From the human T2T-CHM13v2.0 reference genome, Homo sapiens: a stretch of 64,000 nucleotides of DNA. Position 1 is the stretch's first letter; every line of letters starts with the position of its first letter. Made by a program: the position numbers and the translations under genes. Of this stretch, positions 62,206 through 64,000 are shown in pieces. A model generated the notes under the pieces. It did no database searches. It was not told the origin of the DNA and was given only the letters and a program-made list of their open reading frames with translations. The stretch lies in assembly GCF_009914755.1 (NCBI RefSeq), contig NC_060936.1; one strand, given 5' to 3'.

Positions 62206-62249
62206 GTAAATTAGCTTTGCATTTTATTTTGTGACTGACCACAGTATTA

Positions 62250-62925
62250 CAGTCATGTGTCGCTTGGTGACAGATTACATTCTGAGAAATGCATTGTTAG
62301 GTGATTGTGTTGTACAATCAGAGTGTACTTAAACAAATCTAGTTGTATGGCCTACTACACACCTAGGCTATGTGGTATATAGCTTATTGCTCCCAGGTTG
62401 CAAACCTGCACAGCATGTGACTGTACTGAATACTGTAGACAGTTGTAACACAATGTTATTTGTATATCTAAACATAGAAAAGGTAATGTGTTACACTCTG
62501 ACATGAGGGCAACAACTAGGCAATAGATATTTCTCAGCTCTGGCTGGGCACAGTGGCTCACACCTGTAATCCCAGCATTTTGGGAGGCTGAGGTGGGCAG
62601 ATCACCTGAGGTCAGGAGTTCAAGACCAGCTTGGCCAACGTGGTGAAACCCTGTCTCTACTAAAAATACAAAAAAAGCCAGGCATGGTGGCGCATGCCTG
62701 TAGTCCCAAATACTCAGGAAGCTTAGACAGGAGAATCGCTTGAACCCGGGAGGTGGAGGTTGCAGTGAGCCAAGATCATGCCAGTGTGCTCCAGCATGGG
62801 CAGCAGAGGGAAACTGTCCCAAAAAAAAAAAAAAAAATTTTCTCAGCTGCATTATAATCTTATGGGACCACTGTCGTATATGTAGTCTGTTGCTGACCAA
62901 AACATTGGTATGTGGCACATGACTG
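62250..62925 (-). mobile_element. Tigger3-family non-autonomous element with a nested Alu (about 62541-62837)
   Basis: TIRs CAGTCATGTG... and ...CACATGACTG; contains ATTATAATCTTATGGGACCAC. Confidence 0.8.
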
Positions 62926-64000
62926 AATGTCTAAATGGAATGACATATATAATTGAGTTTCTTTTGTTATTTTAATGCATTTTTCTGAACAGGCACTCTT
63001 AACATTGAATCAGAGCACAGGTTTATAAAGTAAAAAGTGAAAGCTCTGTCAACCATACCTAAACAAAAATAATTATTGTCTTGTGTGTATAATTATAAAT
63101 ATCCACAATGTTTACACTTTAGAAGTTTTATCCCCACAACAAGAACTGGGATCATCCTATATCTATTTTTCAATAATTTGCTTTTTTCTCCATAACAATA
63201 CAGTGTAAGAATCCATTGTATAAGGGAACTGTAATATATTTATCCATTTCCATATTGATGGATAATGTATGTTGTTTCCAGAGTTTTTTATGAATGCTGT
63301 CATAAGCCATGCCATAGTGAACATTATTAATACATACAACTAAACACATATGTTAGTACTTAATGGATTTTAAAAGGTGAGAAATAAGCACATGTTTTCC
63401 ATTTGGATAACTGCGGCCAAAATGCCCTCCTGAAGGATTATTTCACATTATGTTAATACCAGTAATGTTTGAGAAAACCCATTTCCCCATACTCTTGTTT
63501 AAATATTTGTTGCCTTTTTAATGTAATTGCTTTCCAATTCTGAAAACAATAAGTGAATGATTAGAAACTGAAGACTTCATTTAAAATATGTGAAATCGGC
63601 CAGGCGTGGTTGCTCACGCCTGTAATCCCAGCACTTTGGGAGGCCGAGGCAGGCGGATCACTTGAGGTCAGGAGTTCAAGACCAACCTGGCCAACATGAC
63701 AAAACCCCGGCTCTACTGAAAAAAAAAAAAAAAAGTACAAAAATTGGCCAGGTGTGGTGGTACGCACCTGTGGTCCCAGCTACTTGGAAGTCTGAGGCAA
63801 GAGAATCTCTTGAACCCGGGAGGCAGAGATCACGCCACTGCACTCCAACCTGGGCAACAGAGTGAAAAACAATAAAGAAATAAAAATAAGCCGGGCGCAG
63901 TGGCTCATGCCTGTAATCCGAGCACTTTGGGAGGCCAAGGTGGGCAGATCACCTGAGGTCAGGAGTTCGAGACCAGGCTGGCCAACTTGTTGAGACCCCA

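Overview
Human genomic DNA: a 64-kb internal segment of PLEKHA5 (PEPP2) on the + strand, recognised from its translated exons. Eleven coding exons can be traced with GT-AG boundaries and consistent phases. Seven belong to the core protein (2014-2479, 6207-6290, 39300-39362, 41045-41125, 41253-41402, 55250-55351, 62094-62205) and four form an in-frame alternative block (9411-9530, 10378-10431, 33551-33631, 38759-38794). The introns are very Alu-rich. They also hold a full-length SRSF11 processed pseudogene with TSDs and a CpG-rich 5' end, a 7SL pseudogene, a young AluYb9, a 5'-truncated SVA, an old L1PA fragment, and Tigger1, Tigger3, Charlie1 and MER DNA-transposon relics. The most unusual signals are three. 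(i) A run of exon-like, splice-site-bounded, mostly phase-compatible but stop-interrupted segments at 14.3-23.5 kb that may be a decayed PLEKHA5 coding cassette; one member (23311-23463) is still open. (ii) A retrocopy-derived CpG island with an in-frame donor that could act as an internal PLEKHA5 promoter. (iii) Two insertion sites reused by successive retroelements, leaving triple TSDs. Most ORFs in the supplied track are Alu, L1 or SVA artefacts. No prokaryotic-type system is present.
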